From: Octopus vulgaris
Lineage: Eukaryota
Length of the DNA stretch: 64,000 nt
Direction of reading: 5' to 3'
Assembly: GCA_951406725.2 (NCBI GenBank)
Contig: OX597818.1
Coordinates: forward strand, 29,946,001-30,010,000
This document shows positions 1 through 12,379 of this stretch, piece by piece (position 1 is the first letter of the stretch; each line of letters opens with the position of its first letter). Both the position numbers and the translations under genes were made by a program. The notes beneath the pieces are model-generated. The model did not search any database and was not told where the DNA came from. It saw nothing but the letters and a program-made list of their open reading frames with translations.

Positions 1-1220
1 CTTAGATCATTTACATTCTGTCATACAGATACACTGATATTACCCATCCATTGGATGGGCTTCATTTCTTTCAAGCCTTCACATGTCCTCTGTAGTCATA
101 CCCCATGTTTCACTGTGATGTAGCATTACTGTATGTACGAAGGCATCATACAATCTGCTTTTCACTCTTAGGGAGAGACTCTTAGTTACCAACAAAGGTG
201 GTAGCTCTCTGAACTTTGCTCAACCTGTTCTAATTCTAGTAACTACACTTTCAGTACTTCGTCCTTCTCTGCTAACTTGGTCACCTAGGTGATAGAAGCT
301 ATCCCACTAGACATTTGAAGAAATCTATTCTCTGTACATTCTTAGTGTTTATTGTACCTGCACATCTGCCACACACAAGCACTACATTTATCTTAACCTT
401 CCTATGATATCGCTACAACTCTTATAAGTCCATAGCTTGCACTGAGTTCACTGTGTTTCTACTAACTAGAGTTTCCACTAACACTTTTCCTACATATCAA
501 GCAGGGCTATCTCCCTGAAGTGTTTTGAGATTTGTCCATTTTACTACTTACTAGGACTTATGTCTTGACCAAATTAACTCTAAAGCCCTTATATTCCAGA
601 CCTTGCTTCCACACCTGAAATTTCATCTCTATTTCATATAGTGATTCAGCTATAAGAACAAGGTCATCAGCATAGAGGAGCTTCCAAGGGCAGCCAGTCT
701 TAAATTCCTCTGTTATGGCCTGGAAGTCTATGATAGACAAGTGGGGACTGAGAACCGATCCTTGGTGAACTTCTATTTGCACACTAAATTCATTGCTATA
801 CTCATTGTCAACCTTCACCTTACTGACAACATCCTTGTACATGGCTAGTACCAGTATCACCAACCACCCTAGCTTCCATATTGCCTACCAGATAAAGGAG
901 TGGAAGGTTCTGCCAAAGGCTTTCTCCAGATCTGCAAAAGACAAGTACAGAGGTTTATTCTTTGCTAAATGTTTCTCCTGCAGTTGCCCTACCAGGAATG
1001 TAGCATTAGAGAGAAAAGCACTCCTGAACTGTATCTCATCCAGGCTAACTCTCTTCCTAATTAGTTGAGCTATGACTTTCTCTTTAACTTTCATGGCCTG
1101 GTCCAACAATTTGATAAACTCTAATTATTTCTGTGTAAGGTGTCACCTTTACCTTAGTAACAGTTGACTATAACGCTGTTCCACCTGTTGTTGGTCACGA
1201 CTCCCTTGTAGACAACCTGA
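1..1220 (-). mobile_element. Decayed RTE-clade LINE ORF2 fragment (RT, PHD-like finger remnant, thumb)
   Basis: Minus ORFs 885-1109 and 558-863 contain DLEKAF, HQGSVLSP, LLYADDLVL and FRVNLVKT; collinear with the better copy at 16500-19700; frameshifted. Confidence 0.9.
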
Positions 1221-1861
1221 CTAGGCCATATCCAGCTTGTATAAAACAAAGCAACAACCAACCTATGCTAGCATGGAAAGCAGACGTTAAACGATGATGA
1301 TAATGATGAATATATACATAAATAATAATAAACAGTGAAAGAGAGAGAAAAAGAAAATAACAATAACAATAATAGTAATAATTTGTATGTTCCTAACATT
1401 ACGTTTAAAACTATTATTAAGTAAAATTTACAGTTTGCTCTTTTATAAATCATATTTAATTCCCCCCCCATCATCATCATCATCAATAATGTTTCAGTTG
1501 TCTGTTTCTCATGCTGGCATGAGTTGGATGGATTGTCAAAGTACAAGTTAGCTTTTATTTGGAGTTATTTCCCTCCATGATGGGTTGGACTGTCTCACTC
1601 ATATATTCCAATTTTAGTTATGCTTCTATTAGCAGATACTCTTCATAATATTAGCCGCTTAAAGAAAAAAAAATGTACATTTTTATCTTGGTATCAGTAC
1701 TAGAGATGTTATGTATTCCACAAGCCTAAAGGCTCCAAGGGTATATCAAGAGAAATTCGATGTAACATGTAAGAGAGAATGCTAATTCATTTTATCAATT
1801 ATTTCCATTTATTGTTTTCCTTCCAACGGTTAACCCTTTTAAATTTTTGTTTGCCTTTAAG

Positions 1862-1932
1862 GCTAGATATGTATGTGCTGTTTCAAATGATGTTTTGGGT
1901 AACTCTGTACCCTGCGTTGCTTTGAAGACATC
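1862..1932 (+). CDS. NOSIP: Nitric oxide synthase-interacting protein, third-from-last coding exon (ARYVCAVSNDVLGNSVPCVALKTS)
   Basis: Acceptor ttgcctttaAG at 1860-1861, donor GTaagt at 1933; phase 0-2; peptide matches the NOSIP C-terminal RING/U-box-like region (human ERYVCAVTRDSLSNATPCAVLRPS). Confidence 0.92.
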
Positions 1933-2704
1933 GTAAGTGTGCTTTTTTTTACATTCTTTTTATAAAACCATAACTTCTTTAACTTCTTTATGACATTATT
2001 TTAAATAGTATTGAAGCCAGATTCTTTTATAACTTTTAAAATTTTCTTTGAAGTTTAATTGTTTTGTCAGGCAGAAGATGGAACTAGTGCCATGGTCTTT
2101 GCAGGCCTTCCAAAATGATGAGATCGATACAGTTGATATTCATCAAGATGTTCATCTTGAACTTCAAGTTGACAACTGTAAGAAAAACAAAAACTGGGAG
2201 GGGAACTCCAGGGCCATTATGCTTGTGTGTGGAAGGATTGAAAGGATTAATTTGGGGTCTGAATATATCAACTTGAAATAAGAATTTTAAAAGTTTTATA
2301 AAAATTTGGTTCTATGTAGCTTGGAAATTATCATTTCAGATTTTATTATTTCTATAATTCAGTATTGTAATAATCTAAATTTCAGTTGTGTTGTTCTGTG
2401 GATCACCACCTACTGTCCTGTAATATTCTTTACAGTGGTAATATTTTTGATTATATATAACTTACTAGCTAAGTTCTATGGTAGGACCTTGGTTAAGACT
2501 CTTGAAAACATAGTGAACTTATGCAAAAGAATTTTCCAAAAAGGGATACTTTACCATGTTAGAATTATTTCTTAAGTCTCTCCAGTTTTTTCTGATATGC
2601 AGTGAAATAATCATTTAATTGATTTGATAATTGAAATTAAAAAATAAATTACTTTATACAATTTGTTAAATTTGTTTTATTATAAAATGCCTTTGTAATT
2701 ACAG

Positions 2705-2813
2705 GGGCAAAGTGGTAACTATGGAGTGTGTGGAAAAAATTATTAAAAAGGACATGATTGATCCAATCAATGGAAAGAAATTGACTGACAAAGATATTAT
2801 TCGTCTTCAAAGG
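2705..2813 (+). CDS. NOSIP: NOSIP penultimate coding exon (GKVVTMECVEKIIKKDMIDPINGKKLTDKDIIRLQR)
   Basis: Acceptor taattacAG at 2703-2704, donor GTttgt at 2814; phase 2-0 fits both neighbours; strong similarity to NOSIP GAVVTLECVEKLIRKDMVDPVTGDKLTDRDIIVLQR. Confidence 0.95.
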
Positions 2814-3489
2814 GTTTGTACATTTTTTATAAATAAATTTAAAATATATTTCTTTAGGTTAAATAAGAATACCTGTTCTACTAGTACTGTGTATGATCAA
2901 GATTGAATCAGATGATGCTCTTTTGCAAACACTCAACCTGAACCAGTAGAGAAAAAAGCTTATGATAAAACTTATATAGTGATCACTGGGTAAGGCTGTA
3001 TGATTTAAGAAGTTTGTTTTTTGATTTCCTTGAAGATATTTAATCCACTAGAGTAACTCATTTCTTGAAGCTAGAAGAATAGTATTAGTAAATGTCTTCT
3101 CCATGCATTTTGGCTCCTTTTAAATGTAATTCTACATGGATTTATACTGCTACTAAGCTGCCCACAATATCTGTTGGTAGAAATTTTTGACATTTCAAGA
3201 AGAAAAGAAAAAATTACAAAATTGAAAGTTTGAATTCTTATTAAGGATTTTTTAAAGTTTGAAAAAATGTTATTGCAGAAAAGCAATTATATCTAGTAGT
3301 TGTTGCAGAATTATTGAAGTTTGAAAACTTTATATATGTATGAAAATTTGATGTTTTACAACAAACTCACTGCTCACCCTTAAATAAGCTATAATCTCAA
3401 AAATACCTATATATGTATGTATATATACGTATATATTATACATACACATTCACACACACACACACACACACATTTATATATTTCTACAA

Positions 3490-4985
3490 ATCCCTTCTGA
3501 GGGCTACCTTGATGACAAAATACGATATTCTCATCATGGTAGTGGACTTAAATGGACCTGTTGGAAAATGCTCTATGGTTTCCAGAGTGGCTATGGCTTT
3601 AGCTCCAGAAGTGAGGAAGGGACAAGTCTGCTGGAGTTTTGTGATGCTCAAGGCTTACTGATCTGCAGCACTAACTTCAGAAAAACCTGCCATGTCAGAC
3701 CAAGGGTGACATGGTGATCGAACAGTGATGTTGACAGGGCCATGGAAGAGAAGAGACAGGCCTGGAAGGAATGAAAAAGAGGGGATAGCCAAGAATCATA
3801 TCAAAAAGTTAAAAGGGAAGCCAGACATCAGGTTTATCTAACTAGGGTAGAAGCAGAAAAGAGAAGTTTTGCCAAGTCCTACAGTGTGAAGATCTAGGAC
3901 TTGAAGTGTTCCAGATTGTAGACAGCATGTTAGTGAAAATCAAAATATTGTTGGCGAGAAGTGTGTATGGATGGATAAAGGTATGCTTGCACTTAGTGAT
4001 GTGGAAAAGTTACTATGTGAGACTGTTGGATGTAGAGGATGAATGGGATAAAGGGAGTCTCCCCCATGTGAACCCAACAGAGGGACCAGCTATCCTAGTG
4101 GACAGCAGTATGGTAGATAAGGCAATTAAAAACATGAAAACTATGAAAGCCCCTAGTTCATCCAGAATCACAGCTGAGATGCTTAAAATATCCGGTAAGG
4201 TAGGATACAAGCTAGTCACCCCATAGTTAATCAGATCATCCAAGAGGGTGTAATACCCAGTGACTAGCACAACAGCATAATTGTTAGTTGCTACAAGGGT
4301 AAGGGTGATGCTTTAGACAGAAGCAATTATAGAGGCATCAAACTCCTGGATCAGGTGATGAAAATTACAGAGAGACTTATAGCCCAATTAATTGGGAGCA
4401 GAATTAGGCTAGATGAAATGCAAATTGGCTTTGTCTGAGGGAGAAGCACAACTGATACTATTTCCATTGTCAGACAACTGCAAGAGAAGTACTTAGCTAA
4501 GAATAAACCATTATACTTAGCATTTATTGATCTAGTGAAAGCCTTCGATAGAGTGCCCCAGTGTGTGATATGGAGGCTAAGGATAGAAGAGTGGCTGGTG
4601 AAAGCTATACAGGCCATGTACAAAAAAGTTGTACAGATCATGTACAAAGACGCTGTCAGTAAGGTGAGATTTAACTATGAGTACAGTGAGGAATTTGGTG
4701 TACAGGTAGGAGTTCATCAAAGCTCAATCCTTAGTCCGCTCCTTTTCATCATTGCCCTCCAGGCCATAACAGGAATTCATGACAGGCAGCCCCTGGGAAC
4801 TACTATATGCTGATGATCTTGCTCTCACAGCAGATTCCATACCAGATCTAGAGGAGAAATTCCAGGTGTGGAAGATATACAGGATCCATAAAAATGATAA
4901 AGACTCAGGAAATTGATTCTCTCAAATGCCCTGGTGGCTCATTAGAGGTAGTAGATAATTTCTGTTACCTAGGGGACCAATTAAA
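3490..4985 (+). mobile_element. Decayed RTE-clade LINE fragment in the last NOSIP intron
   Basis: ORF pieces 3906-4226 (KAPSSSRITAEMLK) and 4535-4813 (KAFDRVP, GVHQSSILSPLLF), then LLYADDL; internal deletions and stops. Confidence 0.88.
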
Positions 4986-5024
4986 CAAGGATGACATTCC
5001 AAAGGCTGGAGCAGTTTGAATAGT

Positions 5025-5334
5025 GAATGATGCCCCACCCACCATATTTGCCGGATATTACCCCATCTGATTATCATTTATTCCACAGTCCTCAAAATCA
5101 TTTGGATGGAAAGTATATGAATTCTGTAGACAATGTCAGAACAGTACTGGAGGAGTATTTTTTGTCATGGACAAGTGAATTATAGAAGAGGGACCTTGCA
5201 AGTCTACCAGATAGATGGAAGAGCATTGTAGAAAATGAAGGAGAATATATTTTAGATTAAAAAAGAACTTTGTTTGTCTTAACTTTGAAAAATAAAAAAA
5301 GTATAAAAAAAACACATTTATGGAATGACCCAAT
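5025..5334 (+). mobile_element. 3' fragment of a mariner transposon
   Basis: Translates to PHPPYLPDITPSDYHLFHS.QNHLDGK and RWKSIVENEGEYILD* (YSPDLAPSD-type motif), followed by TIR-like ttatggaatgacccaat similar to the TIR at 41634-41664. Confidence 0.8.
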
Positions 5335-5338
5335 GATT

Positions 5339-5386
<48 letters not shown>

Positions 5387-5388
<2 letters not shown>

Positions 5389-5780
5389 CTGTGTGGTAAG
5401 AAGCTTGCTTCTCAACCACATGCTCCCAAGTTCAATCCCACTGTGTGGCACTTTGAGCAAGTGTCTTTTACTATAGCCTGGGACTGACCAAAGCCTTGTG
5501 AGCGGATTTGGTAGACAGAAGCTGAAAGAATCCCCATCATATATGTATGTAAATGTTTCTGTGTGTGTGTCTTTGTGTCAGTGTTGACGACTTGACGACC
5601 ATTGTTGGTGTGTTTATGCCCCTGTAACTTAGCAGTTTAGCAAAAGAGACCGATAGAATAAGTACTAGGTTTATGAAGAATAAGTCCTGGGGTCAGTTTC
5701 TTCAACTAAAACTATTTAAGGTAGTGCTCCAGCATGGCTGCACTCAGATGACTGAAACATGTAAAAGAATAAAAGAATAT
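5387..5780 (+). mobile_element. tRNA-derived SINE, family B (CORE-like cttgggcaagtg segment, internal microsatellite, purine-rich tail)
   Basis: Head gctgtgtggtaagaagcttgct...gttcaatcccactg with Pol III A/B-box-like motifs; the same sequence recurs at 13441-13858, 24693-24868, 25112-25530 and 63508-63920. Confidence 0.8.
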
Positions 5781-5783
5781 ATA

Positions 5784-5812
5784 TCAGGTTGGTGCAAAAG
5801 TAATGTCCAATT
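5784..5812 (+). mobile_element. Isolated mariner-type 5' TIR
   Basis: TA followed by tcaggttggtgcaaaagtaatgtccaatt resembles Hsmar1-type TIRs; no partner TIR found. Confidence 0.45.
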
Positions 5813-6525
5813 TAAAGATTATGGAATTTAATTATCCCACCAGCTACTATTAAGCAATTGACAGATTCCATGACGAATAGAGACTAATAGAGCTTTTGAA
5901 GTTATTTGTTGAAATGGCACTCATGTGGCTAAATAATTCACTATGTTAATAAATGTTCTAATATTATTATGATTTTCTGTTAAACATACACTCAATGTAT
6001 GCTTAATATGTATCATTACTCTCCATTTTCTGAAAAAAAATGTCTAAATGGGCTATTTTCATTCAAAAGCTATTAGCGTGGTTCACCCCCAAACTGAAGA
6101 ATCTGAAATAAAAAAGAAAAGACATTACAGAGAATAATGAAACCATAACAATAGTGTTCCCCTAATGTGTAAACTAGGTGGGAAAAGTTTTATCAAAATC
6201 AATTCACAGAAAACCGAGAAATCCTAAATTTCACTCCTAAGCTATTAGTGTGGTTCTGGATGTATATGTTTGTATTAACTTTATTGATAATTTAGATGTT
6301 ATAAAGTTGACATCAAATTATCACTTTTCTTTGTTATATAATTATCTTTACTTCATGTTTTAGTGAAAAGAAATGGAAAATTATGGCATTCTTAACTTTT
6401 CTAAGAACATTGATAACTGAGATGAAGAAATGGAATTTGTGCCATGCTATCTTATAGCTATGTTTTTTTCTCTTTTCTTTAACATTCTCTTTACTATATT
6501 GTATTTATTCATTTTCTTTTTGTAG

Positions 6526-6597
6526 GGTGCAAGTGGATTTTCTGCTTCTGGAATCCAGTTAGATGCTAAAGAGATAAGACCTTCTATGCAGGCTTAG
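6526..6597 (+). CDS. NOSIP: NOSIP terminal coding exon (GASGFSASGIQLDAKEIRPSMQA*)
   Basis: Polypyrimidine tract plus tgtAG at 6524-6525; stop TAG 6595-6597; matches the NOSIP C-terminus GGTGFAGSGVKLQAEKSRPVMQA. Confidence 0.95.
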   Translation, partial: GASGFSASGIQLDAKEIRPSMQA

Positions 6598-6699
6598 ACA
6601 GCTAACTACTTACCACACATGCACGCATATACACATAATGAATGCACATTCATATTGTACATAATAACATTCTGTAAACAACCTTTTTTCCATCCTGGT

Positions 6700-6705
6700 A
6701 ATAAA
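6700..6705 (+). promoter_or_regulatory. Candidate proximal poly(A) signal of NOSIP (second AATAAA at 7037-7042)
   Basis: AATAAA about 100 nt after the stop, followed by T/GT-rich sequence. Confidence 0.45.
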
Positions 6706-6826
6706 AATTATATCTACTATTTAAATATGATTTATTTGTTATTACCAGTATCATATGTTATTTATGTTGTTTTTTTATTTGATTTGCAAGATTCTTTATG
6801 TGAATTCATGTATTGAAGCATGATTC

Positions 6827-7039
6827 ATTGTGTCTGGGGAGAGTTATTCTGTTTTAATGCCTTATTAATTAACACACTCACCAGTTCAATTTCCATTCAT
6901 TTACTTATTTTTTCTAAAATTTCCTTTGCTTCTTGAAACCTCTTCAATAGTCATTGATATAAGTAAATGAATGGAAATTGAACAAGTGAGTGTGTTGATT
7001 GATAAGGCATAAAACACAATGACTCTCCCCAGAAACAAT
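6827..7039. repeat. Imperfect inverted repeat (about 80-bp arms) in or next to the NOSIP 3' UTR
   Basis: Arm 6827-6908 (attgtgtctggggagag...cattcatttacttat) is the reverse complement, with mismatches, of 6959-7039 (ataagtaaatgaatg...ctctccccagaaacaat). Confidence 0.85.
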
Positions 7040-7667
7040 AAAAAATATTATTTATGTTTATAGATAAACTATTTTGTGTATATGTAATCTTAATCACTTC
7101 AATTGTGATTAGATTAAAACAGCCTTTAGCAATTCCATGTTAGTATTATAAGTTGTTATGGGGTTAATGTCTAACTGTATCTGGACCTCTTACACTGATA
7201 TACATTTTAGATATCTTGCTATTTTTGTCTAGCTTTTATGATATAATCTGTGTAGCTAGGAAGTTTACTTCCAAACCACATAGTTTCAGAGTCTGTCCAA
7301 TGGTTTATGAGTGAAATTTGGTAGTCTGTTTTTATATATATATAAAAATGGGCAGAAAATAGACTCCATCAACTGCAGAGGGGCTAGAGATTGTATATAG
7401 CTTCTGTTATCTAAGTCATTGCTTCTCAAACTAACTGATGTGGTGTACCAGCAGTTTTTTTTTTCCAGTGTGCCAGGGACCGGTAATATTTCTTAGTAAT
7501 ATTAATTTATGCTGGAAACAATATATATAATGAATATAATAAAAGTTGACAATTGTTTTTATCTTATATTTATTTTGTAAACAAATAACATAGTATTACA
7601 TAAGCATTTTATAATGTTTCTTTCTTTTCTGGAAACTCGCTGTGGACCCCCACTTTAAGTAGCACTG

Positions 7668-8672
7668 ATCTAGGTGACCAAGTTAGTAGTGGAAGTGGAT
7701 GCTCAGAGAGCGTAACTGTGAGAATAAGATTAGGATGGGCAAAGTTCAGAGAGCTCCTACCCCTGCTGGCAACAAAGGGCTCTCTCTCAGAGTGAAAGGC
7801 AGGTTGTTTGATTCCTGAGTGCAAACAGCTATGCTGCATGACAGTGTAATGTGGGCTGTGACAGCCAAGGATATACATAGGCTTGAAAGAAATGAAGCCA
7901 GTATGCTTTGCTGGATATGCATTGTCAGTGTGCATGCTCAACAGAGTATAAACATCTTGAGTGAAAAGTTAGGCATAAGAGGCATCAGATGTAGTGTGCA
8001 ACAGAGATGACTGCGCTGGTATGGTTATGTGATGCATATGGATGAGGATAGTTGTGTAAAGAAGTGCCAATCTCTAACTGTGGAGGGAACTAGTGGTAGA
8101 AGTAGATCCAGGAGGACATGAAATGAGATTGTGAAGCATGATCTTTGAACTTTGAGCCTCACAGAGGCAATGACTAGTGACCAAGACTTTTGGTGATGTA
8201 CTGTGCATGAGAGGACCCATCAAGCCAAGTACACTTGTGCTGGTGGCATGTAATGAATACCTTTTGACTGTTGGGCCTCACAAAGGCAAAGTGGCTGAGT
8301 TCCTTTTGAGCGTTGGGCCTCATGGAGGCAAAATGGCTGAGTTCTTTTTGAGTGTTGGGCCTCACAGAGGCAATAACTGAGACCTTTGGCATTATGTTGT
8401 GCTTGAGAAGAAGACCCATCAAGCTGAGCAAAATTGCAGTCATGGCAGATACTGGTGTCATGCAAATTGGCACCCATGTCATGCAAATGAAACCCATTCC
8501 AGTGGCATATAAAAGCACCCATTACACTCTTATAGTGGTTGGCATTAAGAAGGACATCCAGCCATAGAAAACTATGCCAAGTCAGACTGAAGTCTGGTGC
8601 AGCCTTCCAGTGTGCCAGCCTGGTCAAACTGTCCAACCAATGCTGGCATGGTCATTGGACATTAAATGATGA
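7668..8672 (+). mobile_element. 5'-truncated RTE LINE 3' end with 3' UTR and (GAT)n tail
   Basis: YLGDQ-like start, AMLHDSVMWAVTAKDIHRLERNEASML, RLRWYGYV; 3' UTR with short internal repeats ending gttaaatgatgat-like. Confidence 0.85.
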
Positions 8673-8696
8673 TTATATATATATATATGCACAATT

Positions 8697-9232
8697 CGAT
8701 GACTGGTGTCCGTGCTAGCGGGCTGCAAAGAGCACCATACGAATGTGATCATTGACAGAGCGGCTAACCGGCTTCCGTGCCAGTGGCACTTAAAAGGCAC
8801 CATTCAAGCGTGATCGTTACCAGCATCGCCTTACTGGCATTTGAGCCCTGTGCTAGTAGGGTATTAAGAGCACCATCCGAGCCTGATCGTTGCCAGAGTG
8901 GCTATCTGGCCTCTGTGCCAGTGGAACGTAAAAGACACCATCTGAGTGTGATCGTTACCAGCATCGCCTTACTGGCACTTGTGCCGGTGGCATGTGTAAA
9001 AGATTTGAGCGAGGTCGTTGCCAGTACTGCCTGACTGGCCCCGTGCTGGTGGCACGTAAAAGCACCCACTACACTCTTGGAATGGTTGGCATTAGGAAGG
9101 GTATCCAGCTGTAGAAACTCTGCCAGATCAAGATTGAAGCCTGGTGCAGCCATCTGGTTTGCTAGCCCTCAGTCATTCGTTCAACCCATGCTAGCATGGA
9201 AAGCGGACGTTAAACGATGATGATGATGATGA
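8697..9232 (+). mobile_element. RTE 3'-UTR-derived repeat with (GAT)n tail
   Basis: Ends aaagcacccactacactc...ccaacccatgctagcatggaaagcggacgttaaacgatgatgat, the same terminus as the RTE copies at 16039 and 23315. Confidence 0.8.
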
Positions 9233-10144
9233 TTTATGTGTGTATGTCTGTCCCTCTCTTTCATTCTGTTTATTTCTCTTAGAAGGACTAAAAATAAGAG
9301 TTCCTTATCAATAGGCAAATAACTTTTAGTTTCTGTCAAACTCTCCTGTATTGAGTCATAACTGAGATATTTGGTAGATGTGCTCTTTGTACAATCTTGA
9401 TGATGATGATAATAACAATTACGATGGTGTCAGCGGCAGTGGTGGTGGTAAATGGGTTAATAGTTCTTCCATCGCTCTTGCATATTGTAAATAATGCTGA
9501 TGATGATAGTAAAAAGGCTCATAGTTCTTCCAACATTCACAGATTCTCTTGGTTGTCATGGGTCTTTGGGTATTACGAAGGGACTTAAACACATGGTCTC
9601 AGTTTACCTCCAAATGGTTGGGCTGGTGTACTGAGTTGCCACCTGGACTAAAACTAAGCTAAGCAAACTAATTTTTTTATCATCTTCAGCCTTTTGAACT
9701 TTATTACTGCTCCTGTGTATGTGACTGTATAACTGTGTTACAATTTCCTTTAGACCCTAAAGCCTATCCCCCAACAATTTCTCAATTTGAATTCTATCTT
9801 AAGGATAGTAATTGTATCACCTCTCTTTCTCTTTTTCTCTCTGTGATATTATGGACCTGTCTCTATCAATCTGTCTGTCACTCTTACAATCACTAAATAT
9901 AAGGGTTCTCTATTGATAAGCAAATAACTTTCAGTTTCTATCAGAAAATTTTGTTAAAGGCTGTCTAGTCATGATCTCAATTGAATCATCACCACCTTTG
10001 TGAAGGAAGTTCAAGTGCATGTGCGCATATGACTTCTTGTATATGTGTGTTTATATTTGTTCACACATGAGCTTGGGCATAGGAGAACTATGGGCATATA
10101 TTTGCGCACATAATTGTGTGTGTGTGTGTGTGTGTGCGTGTATC

Positions 10145-10650
10145 TGAAGGTCCTAGTAAATAGGAAAACAAATTACATGTCCCTTCAGGGAGATGGCCCT
10201 GCTTGATATGTAATAAGGGTGTTGGTAAAAACTTCATATGTTGTACCCAGTGCAGTCTTTGGACATATAAGAGGTGTAGCAGTATTAGAAGGAGGTTAAT
10301 GAAGAAAATAGACTTTGTGTATGACAAATGTACAGGTACAATATACATAAAAAATGCACAAACAATATGTGCAAACCCTCAAATGCTCAGTGGTGGGAGG
10401 ATCAGAAGTACTAGAAGGCTTCTGTTACCTAGGTAACCAAGTTAGCAGTGGAGGAGGAAGTTCTTAAAGTGTAGTTGCTAGAATAAGAATGGTCTGGGCA
10501 AAGTCCAGAGAGTTCCTACCTTTGTTGGTAACTGAAGGCCTCCTTCTCAGAATGAAAGGTAGATTGTATGATGCTTGTGTATGTAAAGCTATGCTACATA
10601 GCAGTGAAACATGGGTTTTGGGTACAGAAGACTTGTGAAAGCTTGAAAGT
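10145..10650 (+). mobile_element. RTE LINE fragment including the PHD-like finger
   Basis: WPCLICNKGVGKNFICCTQCSLWTYKRCS...DKC, then FCYLGNQV and YDACV...SETW motifs. Confidence 0.85.
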
Positions 10651-10859
10651 GTCCCTCAAGAGCATGTCTTGACACGACTCAGCCATTACCTCTTTCCCTA
10701 TCACTCTTTTTATCTTACTCTCCAATGTTTCCCAACTGGGGTGTGCATGTATCTACTCTTCAGCAAGACACTTAGATCTGTCCCTTCTAAACCTTGAATC
10801 TCTCAACTGCCACAAAACCTCATGATTTCAATAGTACTCCTGCCTCCTAGTTGAAGGGT

Positions 10860-11816
10860 TTTTTCTCGTGCAAGGTACTTGGTGAACGTGACAGTGCTGA
10901 TGTCAGGTAAAAAACACTGGTGCTGGTGTCATGTAAAAAGCACTAATGCTCATGCCACATAAAAAGTACCCAGTACACTCTGTAAAATAGTATTAGGAAA
11001 GGCGTCTAAAGTGGTTGACGTTAAGAAGGGCATCTAACTGTAGAAACCATATCAAAACTGACAATGTAACCTGGTCTGGCTCTGGCTTAGCCAGCTCCTG
11101 TCAAACTGCCTAACTCATGCCAGTATGGAAAGGAGATGTTAAATGATGATGATGATGATGATGATGATGATAATGATCACCATATATCAGCATCATCATC
11201 ATCATCAGCAGCAGCAGCGGTAACATTCTATGTACATCTTTCATGCTCGTATGGATTGGATGGTTTGACAGGAACAATGGGGGGTTGTCTAAAGACTGTA
11301 TTCTGTTCCAATGTCTGCTTTGGCATGATTTCCATTCTGAAAGTCTTTCAAAGTGTACGGTGTAGTCGTGGCTGATGCTGGTGTCAAGTAACTGGTACAT
11401 AAAGAGCACCTTTCAAGCGTTGGGCCTCACAAAGGCAATGTGGCTGATGCTGGTAGCACATGAAATGCTCTCTTTCAAATGTTGGGCCTCATGGAGGAAA
11501 TAACGAATGACTGAGATCTTGGTATTTTGTTATGCTTGAGAAGAAAACACATCAAGCCAAGTAAAATCACAGTCGTGGCAAATACTGGTATCATGCAAAT
11601 GGCACCCATGCCAGTAACATGTAAAAGCACCCATTACACTCTTGGAATGGTTGGCATTAGGAAGGGCATCCAACTGTAGAAAATCATGCCAAATCAGACT
11701 GGAGTCTGGTGCAGCCTTCCAGCTTGCCAGCCCTGGTCAAACTGTCCAACCAATGTCAGCATGGACAACGGACGTTAAATGATGATGATGATGATGATGA
11801 TATATCTCCCTCTCTT

Positions 11817-11871
<55 letters not shown>

Positions 11872-12300
11872 TTCTCTCTCTCTTTCTCTCTGGCTGGGTA
11901 ACCATGTACCTCCTCTACAGCATGACACCTGTTTCTGTCTGTCATACTCTAGCCATTCATCATGTGACACAAGATCTCCTCCAATGCCCCATCCCTCTCA
12001 AAGATTCCTTGTCCTGCAAAGCTACTTGGTGACCCTGCCAGTGCTGCTACCACTTAAAAGCATCAAGTCCACGCTGTAAAGTGGTTGGCATTTGGAAGGT
12101 CATTCAGTTGTAAGAACCATGCCAAATCTGACCTCGTCTGTGCTGATGCCATGTAAAAAGCACTCAGCCCACTCTGCAGGGTGGTTGGTGTTAGGAAGGG
12201 CATCAAGTCATAAAAACCATGCCAAACAGACCCAGAAGTATGATGCAGGCTTCTGCCTTGCCAGCTCCTGTCAAACTGTCCTATCCATCCCAACATAGAA
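10860..12300 (+). mobile_element. Cluster of RTE 3'-UTR/(GAT)n-tailed repeat copies with (TC)n microsatellite
   Basis: Repeated gtggttggcattaggaagggcatc...cgttaaatgatgatgat modules ending near 11180, 11800 and 12308. Confidence 0.7.
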
Positions 12301-12379
12301 GGACGTTAAATCTTGGTTCAATAGTGATACAAATGAGGAGTCTAATGTGGGTCTTGTATTAGCATGCATATATATATAT

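Noticed and set aside
5387-5460. tRNA-like A/B boxes as genuine tRNA genes (also at other SINE heads)
   Set aside because: No complete cloverleaf, and each continues into SINE body sequence.
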